Below, one piece after another: positions 31,178 through 32,000 of a stretch of DNA of 32,000 nucleotides. The stretch is taken from positions 1,050,001-1,082,000 of the forward strand of contig OY969938.1 in NCBI GenBank assembly GCA_963704755.1, given 5' to 3'. How positions within the stretch are numbered: position 1 is the first letter of the stretch; every line of letters begins with the position of its first letter. Below the pieces are notes generated by a model. It made no database searches, was not told the origin of the DNA, and saw nothing but the letters and a program-made list of their open reading frames with translations. The stretch comes from an uncultured Chloroflexia bacterium (lineage in GTDB: Bacteria; Chloroflexota; Anaerolineae; Anaerolineales; Anaerolineaceae). The translations under genes were made by a program, and so were the position numbers.

Positions 31178-32000
31178 GTGAAAACATCTATCAACAAACT
31201 AGCCGTCAAAGTCGTCAAAGAGATCATCGCCCGCGAAGATGAGATTGGTGTCAAAGTCATCCACATGAACTGCGGCGCAACCCTGATCGACATGGGCCTG
31301 AACGTCAAGGGAAGCAACGAAGCCGGGCTCCTCTTTACGCGGGTCACCCTGGGCGACATGGCCACCGTCAACCTGGGCACCTGGAAGCTGGACGACGACT
31401 ACATCTTCGGCTCGGTCGAGCTGTTCGTCACCGAGCCGCTGGTCGCCTGCCTGGCCTCGCAAATCGCCGGCTGGCAACTGGGCAGCGGTGAATTCGCCAC
31501 CATTGGCTCCGGCCCGGCCCGGGCCCAGGCCGTCATTCCCAGCGATTATTACCTGGACATGACCCCCTACCGCGACCGCAACGACGAAGTAGTGCTGTGT
31601 ATCCAGGATATCCGCTATCCGGACGATGCGATCGCCCTGGAAGTGGCCCAGGCCTGCAAAGTGGCGCCCGAAAACGTGTACCTGTTGATTGCACCCAGCG
31701 CCTCGATTGTAGGCTCGATCCAGGTCTCGGCCCGCATGATCGAGGAAGTCTGCCACAAGATGCACGAAAAGGGCTTCGACGTCTCCAAGGTGATCAATGC
31801 CCGCGGCCGCACGCCGGTCGCCCCGCTGGTAATGGACGAGGTCAAGGCCATCGGCCGCATCAATGACGCCATTCTGTACGGCGGCGACACCGAGTTCTGG
31901 GTGGACGCCAGCGACGAAGAAATCGCCGCGGTGGTCGAAAAACTGGTTTCCAAAACGTCATCCCCCTATTACCCCGAGTTGTTCGGGGTGGTGTTCGAGC
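31178..32000 (+). CDS. Methenyltetrahydromethanopterin cyclohydrolase (Mch) family protein, function here probably different (3' end outside the window)
   Basis: Absent from the ORF track. GTG 31178 has AGGAG 8 nt upstream, and 274 codons are open to the window end. The translation contains GATLIDMG, EAGLLF, EPLVACLASQIAGWQL, ATIGSGPARAQ, APENVYLLIAPSASIVGSIQVSARMIEEVCHKMHEKGFD, PVAPL and AIGRINDAILYGG. These match the conserved blocks of Mch as I remember them from methanogens and methylotrophs. Confidence 0.8.
   Translation, partial: MKTSINKLAVKVVKEIIAREDEIGVKVIHMNCGATLIDMGLNVKGSNEAGLLFTRVTLGDMATVNLGTWKLDDDYIFGSVELFVTEPLVACLASQIAGWQLGSGEFATIGSGPARAQAVIPSDYYLDMTPYRDRNDEVVLCIQDIRYPDDAIALEVAQACKVAPENVYLLIAPSASIVGSIQVSARMIEEVCHKMHEKGFDVSKVINARGRTPVAPLVMDEVKAIGRINDAILYGGDTEFWVDASDEEIAAVVEKLVSKTSSPYYPELFGVVFE

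Noticed and set aside
28895-31765. Long minus-strand ORFs 28895..29545, 28939..29430, 29627..30331, 30822..31187 and 31199..31765
   Set aside because: Each is antisense to a plus-strand gene with strong family signatures (amidohydrolase, GntR, SDR, Mch-like). They are typical high-G+C shadow ORFs. The last one sits over the Mch-like gene that the track omitted.
1-32000. tRNA, rRNA or tmRNA genes and transposase/integrase genes
   Set aside because: The few TTCGA-containing sites (for example near 6045, 16435, 26110 and 26802) lack complementary T-stem arms or an acceptor stem. No ORF shows DDE, tyrosine-recombinase or serine-recombinase motifs.

Overview
This is a bacterial chromosomal segment with moderately high G+C. 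The protein set looks like a monoderm, possibly Chloroflexota or Anaerolineae-like, but that guess is weak. It holds five blocks.

- **Block 1 (1-3899, minus strand):** a YvfRSTU-like module. It encodes an ABC ATPase, an ABC-2 permease, a HisKA_3 histidine kinase and an edge-truncated NarL-type response regulator.
- **Block 2 (4323-5754, plus strand):** a PaaI-type hotdog thioesterase followed by an uncharacterised polytopic membrane protein.
- **Block 3 (6157-18986, plus strand):** a Wzx/Wzy-type exopolysaccharide cluster that looks lower in G+C than its flanks.
  - Its core genes encode a Wzz/BY-kinase fusion, a Wzx flippase, a Wzy-like polymerase, two GT4 glycosyltransferases and a membrane-anchored glycoside-hydrolase-like protein.
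  - Its tail encodes a DegT-type aminotransferase, a 192-aa Cys-rich unknown, a FemAB/GNAT-like acyltransferase and a cysteine-synthase-family enzyme.
  - A separate D-2-hydroxyacid dehydrogenase gene follows at 19547-20572.
- **Block 4 (20973-25899, minus strand):** a BMP-family (nucleoside/purine-type) ABC uptake operon.
- **Block 5 (27133 to the window end, plus strand):** this block diverges from block 4 across a roughly 1.2 kb AT-rich spacer.
  - It encodes a RibD_C-only reductase, a COG0402-type amidohydrolase/deaminase, a GntR/FCD regulator and an SDR.
  - 11 nt after the SDR lies an edge-truncated ORF that is missing from the supplied track. It encodes a methenyl-H4MPT-cyclohydrolase (Mch) family protein.

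Block 5 together with the divergent transporter is my best candidate for an undescribed system. I read it as ring reduction and ring opening of an N-heterocycle or polyphenol.

The intergenic regions are unusually rich in long, perfect or near-perfect palindromic hairpins. Two recurring families share a GC-TTC-GC apex. I found no tRNA, rRNA, CRISPR array, transposase or integrase. Many long track ORFs are antisense or off-frame shadows of the real genes.
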